From assembly GCA_036396635.1 (NCBI GenBank), contig DASWKM010000178.1:1-51748 (forward strand): a stretch of 51,748 bases of DNA. The letters are read 5' to 3'. The notes below the pieces were generated by a model. The model did not search any database and was not told where the DNA came from. It saw nothing but the letters and a program-made list of their open reading frames with translations. Source of the DNA: Acidimicrobiia bacterium. Its GTDB lineage: Bacteria > Actinomycetota > Acidimicrobiia > Spongiisociales > ZC4RG35. Numbering within the stretch: the stretch's first letter is position 1; the number at the start of each line of letters is the position of its first letter. Below, in pieces: positions 18,994-27,915 of this stretch. The translations under genes were made by a program, and so were the position numbers.

Positions 18994-20163
18994 GTGAGGA
19001 TCGTCCTCGTCACCGGCAAGGGAGGGGTGGGCAAGACAACCGTGGCCGCAGCCACGGCTCTGGCGTCGGCTGACGCCGGCAAACGCACCCTGGTCACCTC
19101 GACGGATCCAGCCCACTCTCTGTCTGACGCCCTGACCGTCGATCTGGATAGTGCGCCCACGAGGGTCGTGGAACGATTGGACGGACAGCAGATCGACGCC
19201 CAACGCCAGTTGGATCGTTACTGGGGCTCGATCAGGCGTCAGCTGATGGAGGTCCTCGACTGGGGAGGCGCCGCCGGTATAGAGGCGGAGGAGTTCTTGG
19301 TCTTTCCCGGCATGGACGAGCTGTTTGCGCTCCTCGAGGTCAACCATCATGCTCGGTCCGGGGATTACGACGTGATCGTGGTCGATTGCGCTCCGACCGC
19401 GGAGACACTCCGCCTGCTCTCGCTCCCCGAGGTGCTGTCGTGGTACTTCGAGAAGGTGATGCCCACGGAGCGGCGATTGATGAGGGCGGCGCGCCCGCTG
19501 CTCAACCGTCTCACCAACCTCCCGATACCCGAAGACGAGGTTTTCACGGCTGCACAGTCGGTCTTCGAGTCTGTGGAGGGAGTCAAAGAGCTCTTGTCCC
19601 AGCCCGGGATCACCTCAGCCCGCCTCGTCGTCAACCCGGAGAAGATGGTGATCGATGAGGCTCGCCGCACCTACAGCTACCTGGGGCTATTCGGTTACGG
19701 AGTGGACGGGGTGGTCGTCAACCGGGTTCTCCCCGACCTGGTGCAAGATCCTTACTTCGAGCGCTGGCGGGCGATCCAAAAAGGCCACCTGGACTCGATC
19801 GATGACGCCTTTGCCGAGGTCCCCCGTCTGATCCTCCGACTGTTCGACGACGAGATGGTGGGGGTTGACCGGCTGCGAGTCATGGCCGGCGAGCTCTACG
19901 GGGCGAAGGATGCAATCGACGACTTCACCGCCATCAGCCCGTTCCGGATCATCGAGGAGGGTGGCTCTGTGAGCATGGAATTGGACGTCCCCTTCTTCGA
20001 AAAGTCCGAGCTCAAGGTGTTCCGTCACGGTCACGAGCTCTATGTTCAACTCGGTTCCTACCGTCGGTCTTTCCTCCTTCCCGATGCGCTGCAGCGGCGT
20101 GACGTCACCAGGGCCAAATTGGCCGGCGGTACTCTGCGGGTGACGTTCGAGGTCCGGCCATGA
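18994..20163 (+). CDS. ArsA/Get3-family ATPase with C-terminal HSP20-like (alpha-crystallin) domain
   Basis: Deviant Walker A VTGKGGVGKTTVAAATA. The C-terminus ELDVPFFEKSELKVFRHGHELYVQLGSYRRSFLLP...LRVTFE is HSP20-like. GTG 18994 (VRIVLVTGKGG) is my preferred start. The track start is TTG 18976. Confidence 0.88.
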   Translation: MRIVLVTGKGGVGKTTVAAATALASADAGKRTLVTSTDPAHSLSDALTVDLDSAPTRVVERLDGQQIDAQRQLDRYWGSIRRQLMEVLDWGGAAGIEAEEFLVFPGMDELFALLEVNHHARSGDYDVIVVDCAPTAETLRLLSLPEVLSWYFEKVMPTERRLMRAARPLLNRLTNLPIPEDEVFTAAQSVFESVEGVKELLSQPGITSARLVVNPEKMVIDEARRTYSYLGLFGYGVDGVVVNRVLPDLVQDPYFERWRAIQKGHLDSIDDAFAEVPRLILRLFDDEMVGVDRLRVMAGELYGAKDAIDDFTAISPFRIIEEGGSVSMELDVPFFEKSELKVFRHGHELYVQLGSYRRSFLLPDALQRRDVTRAKLAGGTLRVTFEVRP

Positions 20164-20351
20164 GAGAGCCTTCGCCGACGATGACGGCCCTGAGCCGTGC
20201 CGGCCGTCGTGTCGTCTTCCACATGATCCAGGCGGCAATCGAAGGACTCAAGGCGATAGAGGCCGTGATCGAAGAGATAGGCGCCATAGGTGATGAGGGC
20301 GACCAAGATGATGCCGAGATGAGCGACCGACAGCAGATCGAGATCGAATGA
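20160..20351 (+). CDS. Hypothetical 63-aa acidic helical protein
   Basis: ATGA overlaps at both ends, with arsA-like and DUF1232. No recognisable family. It contains several rare ATA codons, so coding status is uncertain. Confidence 0.4.
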   Translation: MREPSPTMTALSRAGRRVVFHMIQAAIEGLKAIEAVIEEIGAIGDEGDQDDAEMSDRQQIEIE

Positions 20352-20779
20352 GCAACCAGGAGCCGATGAGATTGCGACCCGACGAGGTGCTGCCACCCGA
20401 CGGTGCGAGCATTCAGGGCCGACGTCTGGTGACCGACGCCGTCATGATGATGCCAAACATCGTCAAGCTTGTGGGGCGTCTCCTGAGAGACCCCCGTGTG
20501 CCGCGGCGCGCCAAGATAACGCTTGGCCTTGCAGCCGCATATGTCGCCAGCCCCATAGACCTCATCCCGGAGGTGATCCCCGTCGTGGGTTGGGCCGATG
20601 ACGTGGTGCTGATGATGTTTGCCTTAGATTCGCTGATCGAAAGGGCAGGCCCCGAGGTGGTGGCGGAGCACTGGGACGGTCCGGGAGACCTGCTTTCGCT
20701 GGTCCGCGACGTCGTGGCGCTCTCCCGCAGCGTGATCCCTCGGCGCTTGAGTCGCATCCTCGATCGATTGAGCGGCTGA
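20348..20779 (+). CDS. DUF1232 (YkvA-like) membrane protein
   Basis: Signature SPIDLIPEVIPVVGWADDVV. Length is 143 aa. Confidence 0.8.
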   Translation: MSNQEPMRLRPDEVLPPDGASIQGRRLVTDAVMMMPNIVKLVGRLLRDPRVPRRAKITLGLAAAYVASPIDLIPEVIPVVGWADDVVLMMFALDSLIERAGPEVVAEHWDGPGDLLSLVRDVVALSRSVIPRRLSRILDRLSG

Positions 20780-20828
20780 GCCAAAGACGGCGAACGCCCG
20801 CACCAGCGATCTAGCTTGACCGGTGTAC

Positions 20829-22001
20829 ATGGACTTTCGGAGGATCGGTTCCCTGCCCCCGTATGCTTTCGCCGAGGTGAATCGGCGGAAGGCCGAGGTG
20901 ATCGAAGCGGGCATCGATGTCGTCGACCTCGGCTTTGGCAATCCTGACATCCCGAGCCCGACACAGGCGGTTGACACACTCATCGAGGAGGTCCGTCAAC
21001 CACGAAACCATCGTTACTCGGTATCCAGGGGAATCGTCGACCTTAGGATCGCCCTCGCTGCGAGATACCGGAGACGGTTTGGAGTCGATCTCGACCCGGA
21101 GACCGAGGTCATCGCCACGATTGGTGCCAAGGAGGCCCTGACTCACCTCCTTTGGGTGTTGTTGCAGCCGGGCGACGTGGCGATCGTCCCCGAGCCCTCG
21201 TACCCCATCCACACATACGCCCCGATCATCGCCGGCGCCGAGGTGCGACGCGCTCCGATCAACTCGGTGGAGGACTACTTCGAGGTCGTCAACCGAATGT
21301 TCCGAAACTCGTGGCCCCGACCCCGGGTGATCGTGGTCAGCTTCCCGCACAACCCGACGACCAAGACCATCGACCGCGGGTTCTTCGAGCAGTTGGTGGC
21401 TTTCGCCCACGAGCACGAGGTGATCGTGGTTCACGATTTCGCTTACGCAGACATCAGCTTCGACGGTTATGCGCCACCGTCCATCTTGGAGGTACCCGGC
21501 GCCACCGAGGTCGCTGTCGAGCTCTACTCGCTCACCAAGGGTCACTCGATGGCGGGATGGAGGGTCGGCTTCTGCTCGGGGAACTCCGAGGTCGTCAGTG
21601 CGCTCGGAAAGCTCAAGTCCTACCTCGACTATGGGACCTTCCAACCGATCCAGATGGCCGCAGCCAAGGCGCTCGAGACCGGAGATGATTTCGTCACCGG
21701 CGTCTGCGAGACCTATCGGCAGCGTCGCGATGCTCTGGTCGACGGTCTCAACGAATCGGGCTGGAAGGTGGAGCGGCCGTTGGGCACCATGTTCGTCTGG
21801 GCCGAGGTCCCAGGCCCATATGCCGATATGGGGTCTCTCGACTTCTCGATCCACCTTCTGGAGAGTGCCGGTGTCGCTGTCAGCCCGGGTGTCGGCTTCG
21901 GAGCATCAGGAGAGGGCTTTGTCAGGTTTGCCCTCGTCGATGAGGTCTGCCGCATCGAGGATGCGACCCAGCGGATCGGCGCGACACTCGACCGGCTCTG
22001 A
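20829..22001 (+). CDS. PLP-dependent class I/II aminotransferase (AlaA/AspC-like)
   Basis: MDFRRIGSLPPYAFAEVN..., with the PLP-lysine block YSLTKGHSMAGWRVGF. The track ORF starts 6 nt earlier at a GTG. Confidence 0.88.
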   Translation: MDFRRIGSLPPYAFAEVNRRKAEVIEAGIDVVDLGFGNPDIPSPTQAVDTLIEEVRQPRNHRYSVSRGIVDLRIALAARYRRRFGVDLDPETEVIATIGAKEALTHLLWVLLQPGDVAIVPEPSYPIHTYAPIIAGAEVRRAPINSVEDYFEVVNRMFRNSWPRPRVIVVSFPHNPTTKTIDRGFFEQLVAFAHEHEVIVVHDFAYADISFDGYAPPSILEVPGATEVAVELYSLTKGHSMAGWRVGFCSGNSEVVSALGKLKSYLDYGTFQPIQMAAAKALETGDDFVTGVCETYRQRRDALVDGLNESGWKVERPLGTMFVWAEVPGPYADMGSLDFSIHLLESAGVAVSPGVGFGASGEGFVRFALVDEVCRIEDATQRIGATLDRL

Positions 22002-22033
22002 GCCGATTCCGGCGCGGCCTACCATCGAAAGTC

Positions 22034-23059
22034 ATGGCGTTCTCAGACGGTCTGGCCGACTTTCGATCCGATACCGTCACCCGGCCAACCCCGGCGATGT
22101 TGGCAGCGATGACGTCTGCGCCGCTGGGTGATGACGTATATCACGACGATCCCACTGTCAACCAGCTCGAGCAGGAGTCGGCAGAGGCGGTCGGCAAGGA
22201 GGACGCCATATTCGTGCCCACCGGGACCATGGGCAATCAGCTGTCGATCATGTTTCACACGACACCGGGGGAGGAGGTTCTCGCCAACGCCGAAAGTCAT
22301 GTGCGCTCCATCGAGGCAGGAGCGTCCCCGGCCTTGTCGGGTGTGGGTTATCGCACCGTCGACCGAGACGGTGGTCAGATCCATCCCGGCGACGTAGACC
22401 GTGCCATGGAGATGTCGGGATACTTTCCTCGGATCAGACTGATGACCTGGGAGAACACCCACAATCTCTCGGGGGGGCGGGTCATTCCGCTCGATCTGAT
22501 GAAGGCGACCTCGGAGCGCGCCCGTCATCATGACCTGAGCATCCACTTGGACGGCGCCCGTATCTGGAACGCAGTCGTGGCCTCGGGCGTGGAAGGGCCC
22601 GAGTGGGGCGGCCTGGTCGACACCATTCAGTTCTGCTTCTCGAAGGGCCTGGGCGCACCGGTTGGCTCCATTGTCTGTGCCGACCGCGAGACCATCGCCG
22701 AGATCCGCTATCTGCGTAAGCGCCTCGGAGGGGGGATGCGCCAGGCCGGTGTGCTGGCGGCCGCAGCCCGAGTGGCCCTGGCGGGGCGGGCTCGCCTGAT
22801 CGAGGACCATGTCCTGGCCCAGAAGTTGGCAGTGGCGCTGGCCGAGCATTTCCCGGGATCGATCGACCCCCGTGAGGTGGAGACCAACATGGTACGGCTC
22901 GAGTTCTCGGCGCTGGGGAAGACCTGGGACGAGGTGGCCGCGGGTCTGAGCGCCGAGAACGTCAGGGTGAACCCTCCACGTGGAGGCTTCTGGCGGATCG
23001 TCACACATCGCAATGTCGACGATGCCGACGTGGACCGCCTGATTCATGCCCTCGAGTAA
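22034..23059 (+). CDS. ltaE: Low-specificity L-threonine aldolase
   Basis: DFRSDTVTRPTPAML...GDDVYHDDPTVNQLE, with the PLP lysine in FCFSKGLGAPVGS. Confidence 0.88.
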   Translation: MAFSDGLADFRSDTVTRPTPAMLAAMTSAPLGDDVYHDDPTVNQLEQESAEAVGKEDAIFVPTGTMGNQLSIMFHTTPGEEVLANAESHVRSIEAGASPALSGVGYRTVDRDGGQIHPGDVDRAMEMSGYFPRIRLMTWENTHNLSGGRVIPLDLMKATSERARHHDLSIHLDGARIWNAVVASGVEGPEWGGLVDTIQFCFSKGLGAPVGSIVCADRETIAEIRYLRKRLGGGMRQAGVLAAAARVALAGRARLIEDHVLAQKLAVALAEHFPGSIDPREVETNMVRLEFSALGKTWDEVAAGLSAENVRVNPPRGGFWRIVTHRNVDDADVDRLIHALE

Positions 23060-23071
23060 CGCCGGCATTGG

Positions 23072-24028
23072 ATGTCGAGTCGAATCCCATCAATGAGTTT
23101 TGCCGTCCTCTTCCCGGGGCAGGGAAGTCAGTTTGTGGGGATGGGTGAGGAGTTGTTCGAGTCACGGCAAGATCTCCTGGGCGACCTTGCCGATGAGATC
23201 CTCGGTTGGTCCCTTCGTCACTTGTGCGTCGACGGCCCTGAGGATGAGCTCACCAGGACCGAGCACGCCCAGCCGGCGCTGTTCGCCGTCGCATACGCAC
23301 TATGGGCCACACTCCAGCCCCGTCTCCCCTCGATGCCTGCCGGGGCGGCCGGGCACTCCCTCGGTGAGTACACCGCCCTGGCCGCGGCCGGTGCCGTGAG
23401 CTTTCCAGAGGCGCTCTCCATCGTGGCGCGACGGGGATCGGCTATGGCCGAAGCCGCCGACGCAGCCCGGTCAGGTATGGCCGCACTCGTTGGAGCCGAC
23501 GTCGCGCTGGCCGAGAGCATTGCCGCAAAGCGCCGGGGAGAGGGTGGACGTCTCCAGGTGGCCAACCTGAATGCTCCCGGTCAGGTGGTCGTCGCCGGCG
23601 CTGCCGATGACATCGACTGGGTGGCCGCCAACGGCAGCCATCTCGGAGTCAGACGGGTGATCCCGCTCAAGGTGGCGGGAGCGTTTCACTCGAGTTTCAT
23701 GGCGTCCGCCGCCGAAGAGGTGGGCGAGGCGCTGGCGTCGGTGCGATTCGAGGAGCCGGCGTTCCCGGTGTGGTCCAACACGACGGCACGTCCCCATCGC
23801 ATCTCGGAGATCGCGACCACACTTCGAGACCAGGTCGTGTCCCCGGTCCGATTTCAGGAGAGTCTCGAGGACATGGCGGCCAGTGGAATAGACACCTTTG
23901 TCCATGTCGGGCCTGGCGAGGTGACCGCGGGCATGGCGAAGCGGAGCGTCGGAGGTGCGACGGTCCATGTCGTGTCTTCTGTGGCCGACATCCCGACCGT
24001 GGTCGAAGCCATCGTTACCATTGCATGA
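23072..24028 (+). CDS. fabD: Malonyl-CoA:ACP transacylase
   Basis: FPGQGSQFVGMG and the active-site GHSLGEY. An alternative start at 23093 gives MSFAVLFPGQG. Confidence 0.92.
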   Translation: MSSRIPSMSFAVLFPGQGSQFVGMGEELFESRQDLLGDLADEILGWSLRHLCVDGPEDELTRTEHAQPALFAVAYALWATLQPRLPSMPAGAAGHSLGEYTALAAAGAVSFPEALSIVARRGSAMAEAADAARSGMAALVGADVALAESIAAKRRGEGGRLQVANLNAPGQVVVAGAADDIDWVAANGSHLGVRRVIPLKVAGAFHSSFMASAAEEVGEALASVRFEEPAFPVWSNTTARPHRISEIATTLRDQVVSPVRFQESLEDMAASGIDTFVHVGPGEVTAGMAKRSVGGATVHVVSSVADIPTVVEAIVTIA

Positions 24029-24041
24029 CTCAGGAGCCATT

Positions 24042-25127
24042 ATGAAGAACGTAGAGATAACCGGGTGGGGCAAGTGCATGCCTCCCAATGTCTTGTCAAA
24101 CCACGACCTCGAGCAGATCATCGACACGTCCGACGAGTGGATCACCACGAGGACCGGGATCAAAGAACGTCGCATCAGCCACGTCGAGACCTCCGACATG
24201 GCGGCCATCGCCGGTCTCCGGGCGCTGGCGGCCGCCGGCAAGACACCCGAGGACGTGGATCTTCTCCTCGTGGCCACCTGCACTCCCGACTCTCTGATCC
24301 CATCCACCGCCTCGGTGGTCCAGAACAAGGTCGGTGCGTGGAACTCGGCGGCGATGGACCTCAATGCGGCCTGCTCCGGATTCGTATACGGGCTGGTTGT
24401 TGGAGCGAACATGATTCGAGGAGGTGCCTACAAGACGGTTCTCCTCATGGGCGCCGAGAAGCTTCACTACGTCATGGACTTCACCGATCGCACAACGTGC
24501 GTCCTGTTCGGGGATGGTGCCGGCGCCGTGGTCCTCGAGCCAACCGACGAGCCGCACGGCCTGCTCGCCTCCGACCTGGGGATGGACGGATCGGTCGGCC
24601 ACATCCTCGAAGTCCCACGTGACGGGACAATGGGCGATCGAGGGCCACTGGACCCGACGCTGGGTGGGGTGTCCATGGAGGGCCAGGAGGTCTTTCGGCG
24701 GGCCGTCACCAAGATGGGGGAGTCATCGCTCATCTCGCTGGAGCAAGCAGGTCTGGGTGTTGAGGACGTCGATCTCCTCATTCCTCACCAGGCCAACGTC
24801 AGGATCATCGATGCCACGGCCCGACGGCTCGGCCTCGACGAGTCGAAGGTATATGTGAACATCCACTCCTACGGGAACACGTCGGCCGCCACCATTCCGG
24901 TCGCCCTGACAGAGGCCCTGGAAGAGGGGCGGATACAACCCGGTCACAACATCGTGTTCGCCGCCTTCGGCGGTGGCCTCAGCTGGGGGTCGGCGGTCTA
25001 CCGCTGGGGAGACCGGGTAGAGCCCCTTGGCGAGTCCGACGCCGCGCTACCCCCACCCGACCGTGACACCATGCAACTGCTCCAACCCAACTTCGACTTC
25101 TTTGGCTTGCCTGAGAAGTTGTCGTGA
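24042..25127 (+). CDS. fabH: 3-oxoacyl-ACP synthase III
   Basis: MKNVEITGWGKCMPPNVLSNHDLE...TSDEWITTRTGIKERR, with the active-site C in ACSGFVYG and HQAN...GNTSAAT. AGGAG lies 5 nt upstream of ATG 24042. Confidence 0.92.
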   Translation: MKNVEITGWGKCMPPNVLSNHDLEQIIDTSDEWITTRTGIKERRISHVETSDMAAIAGLRALAAAGKTPEDVDLLLVATCTPDSLIPSTASVVQNKVGAWNSAAMDLNAACSGFVYGLVVGANMIRGGAYKTVLLMGAEKLHYVMDFTDRTTCVLFGDGAGAVVLEPTDEPHGLLASDLGMDGSVGHILEVPRDGTMGDRGPLDPTLGGVSMEGQEVFRRAVTKMGESSLISLEQAGLGVEDVDLLIPHQANVRIIDATARRLGLDESKVYVNIHSYGNTSAATIPVALTEALEEGRIQPGHNIVFAAFGGGLSWGSAVYRWGDRVEPLGESDAALPPPDRDTMQLLQPNFDFFGLPEKLS

Positions 25128-25873
25128 GTGAGAGCTCGGAAAGCCGAGTAGCACTGGTGACCGGGGCGTCGCGGGGGATCGGCAGGGCGATGGCTCTCAC
25201 ACTTGGGGCAACCGGGCACCGGGTGGTGGTCAACTACGCCGCCAACTCCGAAGCGGCGGCCGAGGTGGTGGCCGCCATAGAAGAGAGTGGCGGGGTGGCG
25301 ATCTCGATCAAGGCCGACGTCGCCGACGAGTCTGCGGTGTCGGCAATGTTCAACACGATCAATGAGAGCTTTGGCCCGCCTCTGATCCTGGTGAACAATG
25401 CCGGCATCGCCAAGGACGACCTGTTGGTGCGGATGAGCGTCGAAGCCTTCGATCGGGTCATCCACACCAACCTTCGGTCCGTCTTCCTTTGCACCAAGGC
25501 CGCCATGCGTGGAATGCTCCGCGCCCGTTGGGGCCGCATCATCTCCGTGGCCTCGGTCGCCGGCATCGTCGGCAACCCGGGTCAGGCCAACTATGCCGCC
25601 TCGAAGGCGGGAATAATCGGGTTCAGCAAGTCGGTGTCGAAAGAGGTCGGCTCCCGGGGAATCACCGCCAATGTGGTGGCGCCCGGATTCATCGAGACCG
25701 ACATGACCGGTGATCTCAGCGAAGGTTTCAAGACGTCTGCCCGAGGATCGATCAGCCTCGGTCGCTTCGGACAACCCGAGGATGTGGCAGGAGTGGTTGG
25801 GTTCCTGGCATCCGAGGCCGCGTCGTATATAACGGGTCAGGTGATTTCGGTCGACGGTGGTCTTGCCCTGTAA
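25124..25873 (+). CDS. fabG: 3-oxoacyl-ACP reductase (SDR)
   Basis: TGASRGIG, NNAG and YAASKAG motifs. GTGA overlap with fabH. Confidence 0.92.
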   Translation: MSESSESRVALVTGASRGIGRAMALTLGATGHRVVVNYAANSEAAAEVVAAIEESGGVAISIKADVADESAVSAMFNTINESFGPPLILVNNAGIAKDDLLVRMSVEAFDRVIHTNLRSVFLCTKAAMRGMLRARWGRIISVASVAGIVGNPGQANYAASKAGIIGFSKSVSKEVGSRGITANVVAPGFIETDMTGDLSEGFKTSARGSISLGRFGQPEDVAGVVGFLASEAASYITGQVISVDGGLAL

Positions 25874-25906
25874 GTTCCCGCATACACAAGAACAAGGAGA
25901 TGAGAA

Positions 25907-26149
25907 ATGGACAGATCTGAGGTCAGCGAGCGTCTCACCGGCGTCCTGGTGTCCGAGCTCGGCCTGGACGCCGACAAGATCAAGGACGATGCCCACTTCG
26001 AGGAGGACCTCGACGTCGACAGTCTTGGCGTGGTCGAGCTGCTGATGGCCCTCGAAGACGAGTTCGACGTCAAGATCCCGGACGAGGAGGCGGAGTCGAT
26101 CGTGACGGTCGGTCAGGCCGTCGACCTGGTCCACCAGAAATTGAGCTGA
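25907..26149 (+). CDS. acpP: Acyl carrier protein
   Basis: 80 aa with the phosphopantetheine site DLDVDSLGVVELLMALEDEF. AAGGAG lies upstream. Confidence 0.92.
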   Translation: MDRSEVSERLTGVLVSELGLDADKIKDDAHFEEDLDVDSLGVVELLMALEDEFDVKIPDEEAESIVTVGQAVDLVHQKLS

Positions 26150-26185
26150 GCGCCAGGTGCTTGGGGTGCACCGGGCGACAGACCA

Positions 26186-26425
26186 CTAGTGCTTTTCTCT
26201 CCACTCTGTCAGGCTGCGGTAGACGAGCACCAACAAGATGCCCACACCGACGGTCACGCCGAGAAACGCCACCGCGGCTATGGCCGTCGCCCAGCCGCTA
26301 CACGGTGTGACCACACCGTTGAGATCGGGCTGACGACAGCTCACGTCGGTCACGACCCAACCCAATGCGGCCGCGAGCGCCCCCATGAGTAGCGCCGGGA
26401 CGACGATCCAGGGATTGGGTCTCAT
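26186..26425 (-). CDS. Small 2-TM membrane protein, function unknown
   Basis: 79 aa with two hydrophobic helices flanking a two-Cys loop. 4-nt overlap with the upstream gene. Confidence 0.5.
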   Translation of the reverse strand: MRPNPWIVVPALLMGALAAALGWVVTDVSCRQPDLNGVVTPCSGWATAIAAVAFLGVTVGVGILLVLVYRSLTEWREKH

Positions 26426-27165
26426 CGCGGTCTGCCCGTGTCATCGATCTCCGCGGCATCCAAAACCTCGGTCGGCGCCAGCTCGGGAGGAATCCGGAAC
26501 GTCGTGCCCACTTCTCTGGGTGGGTGATACGAGGCCCTCACAGAAGGATCCCACGAGATGACCGCAACCGCCACTCCCAGGGCGGCCGACACCAGACCGG
26601 CCGACAGACCCAGCGCAGGTGCCAGCGCCAAGGACGTGACCGGCCATATGAGCCTGATGCCGATCAGCCCGCCTGGGATGACACGGATGTAGAAGAGGGC
26701 GAAATTGGGTGCGGACAGCGCCACGACTGCCAACGCCCAAACCGCAGAGTCGTTGCCGAGGAGCCCCAGGATCGCCGGGGTCGACACGAGTAGCAGAGGT
26801 GGTAGGACGGCACGCGGGGGTGGGCCCGACGCAGATGGGAGCCGTCGAATCGTGTTTGTGACGATCGGCGACAGGAGGCTGAGTGTCGCAACTGCCGTCG
26901 CGGTCGTGGCCAGAGCCCAGATGACGTCGAAGTCCCGCACCAGAGCCAAGACGGTGGTCACGGCCAGGCAGGCGAGCCCGAGAAGGTGGGCCCACCTTCC
27001 CCCGACAACGATCATCCCAACGGTGGCGACCGTGGCCATTGCCAGCACACCGACACCGATGAGGAGGGCTGGGGCATCTTGGAACGGACCCGGGTCGACC
27101 ACGAGCGCGATCGTCCACACCAGAGCGGCGAGGAGGGTGGTTGCCACGGCAACAGGAGTCCTCAC
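26422..27165 (-). CDS. Polytopic integral membrane protein, function unknown
   Basis: 247 aa, about 7 hydrophobic segments, no recognisable motif. Confidence 0.6.
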   Translation of the reverse strand: MRTPVAVATTLLAALVWTIALVVDPGPFQDAPALLIGVGVLAMATVATVGMIVVGGRWAHLLGLACLAVTTVLALVRDFDVIWALATTATAVATLSLLSPIVTNTIRRLPSASGPPPRAVLPPLLLVSTPAILGLLGNDSAVWALAVVALSAPNFALFYIRVIPGGLIGIRLIWPVTSLALAPALGLSAGLVSAALGVAVAVISWDPSVRASYHPPREVGTTFRIPPELAPTEVLDAAEIDDTGRPR

Positions 27166-27190
27166 ACGGTGAGTGTCGCAGCCGCTCGGC

Positions 27191-27862
27191 TCAAGCCGAA
27201 GCCGGCCCGTCGGGCGAGCCCGACATCACCGCGCGAAGAGCGGAGCGCTCGCCGAACCGTGGGGTGTCACCGGGTCTCCACACAGTCTCCTGCTTCCACG
27301 TCTGACCTGGTCGCAGTGTGAGAACCGATCCGTCGGTCGGTCTGTCCTGGTGCAGCGAGGTCAGGGACGATCCGGTGAGATGGAGCCGAGCCGCCTGGAT
27401 CGCGTCTTGATGCGATACGACCACAACGTCACCGTGTGAGTGCTCGGCGTCGAGAGCCCTGGCGACCGCCGCCACGCGTTCGGCGACCTGCTCGACCTGT
27501 TCGTCGACGAAGTCGAGGTTGGCCGGATGGGCCAGGTACGCCTCGAGCTCACCGGGGAACCTCGATGAGATGACACTCCATGGATGGCCCTTCCATCGGT
27601 CGGTCAGTGACCAGTCTCTGAGGTCTCGATGCACACGAACCGGCACTCCCGATCGGGCGGCGATCTCCTCGGCAGTGCGCAGTGCGCGCTGTTGGGGAGA
27701 TGACCAGATGGCGACCACCGGGCGCGGGCCCAAGTAACGACCGATGCGACGGGCCTGCTCCAGACCATGAGGCGACAGATCGAATCCGGGCATCGACCCG
27801 CAGACCAGATGGTCGGGGTTGTCGACTTCCGCGTGCTGTACAAGATGAACCAGGGCCGCCAT
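27191..27862 (-). CDS. Histidine phosphatase (phosphoglycerate-mutase-like) family protein
   Basis: LVHLVQHAEVDNP...LSPHGLEQA...SSPQQRALRTAEEIA...VVVVSHQDAI. The usual RHG/RHA motif reads QHA here. Confidence 0.8.
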   Translation of the reverse strand: MAALVHLVQHAEVDNPDHLVCGSMPGFDLSPHGLEQARRIGRYLGPRPVVAIWSSPQQRALRTAEEIAARSGVPVRVHRDLRDWSLTDRWKGHPWSVISSRFPGELEAYLAHPANLDFVDEQVEQVAERVAAVARALDAEHSHGDVVVVSHQDAIQAARLHLTGSSLTSLHQDRPTDGSVLTLRPGQTWKQETVWRPGDTPRFGERSALRAVMSGSPDGPASA

Positions 27863-27915
27863 ATGTGCTCAGTTTGGCCGGTGCTGACCGCAACGTCGGG
27901 TAACTTCGGCCCGAA

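Noticed and set aside
20811-21854. 347-aa minus-strand ORF opposite the aminotransferase gene
   Set aside because: It is antisense to a gene with clear PLP-aminotransferase motifs. Its product is R/G/D/H-rich with no motif. Long mirror ORFs are expected in high-GC DNA.
22043-23068. 341-aa minus-strand ORF exactly mirroring ltaE
   Set aside because: Same reasoning. The plus-strand product has unambiguous threonine-aldolase blocks, and the antisense product is low-complexity R/G/H-rich.
24998-26134. 378-aa minus-strand ORF spanning fabG and acpP
   Set aside because: It overlaps two strongly supported plus-strand genes and has no motifs. This is an antisense artefact.
27863-27915. Possible SOS (LexA) or PafBC/RecA-NDp box upstream of dinB
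   Set aside because: The spacer has no TCGAAC-N4-GTTCGA-type palindrome. The TGGCCGGTG...TAACTT resemblance to the RecA-independent promoter motif has the wrong spacing.
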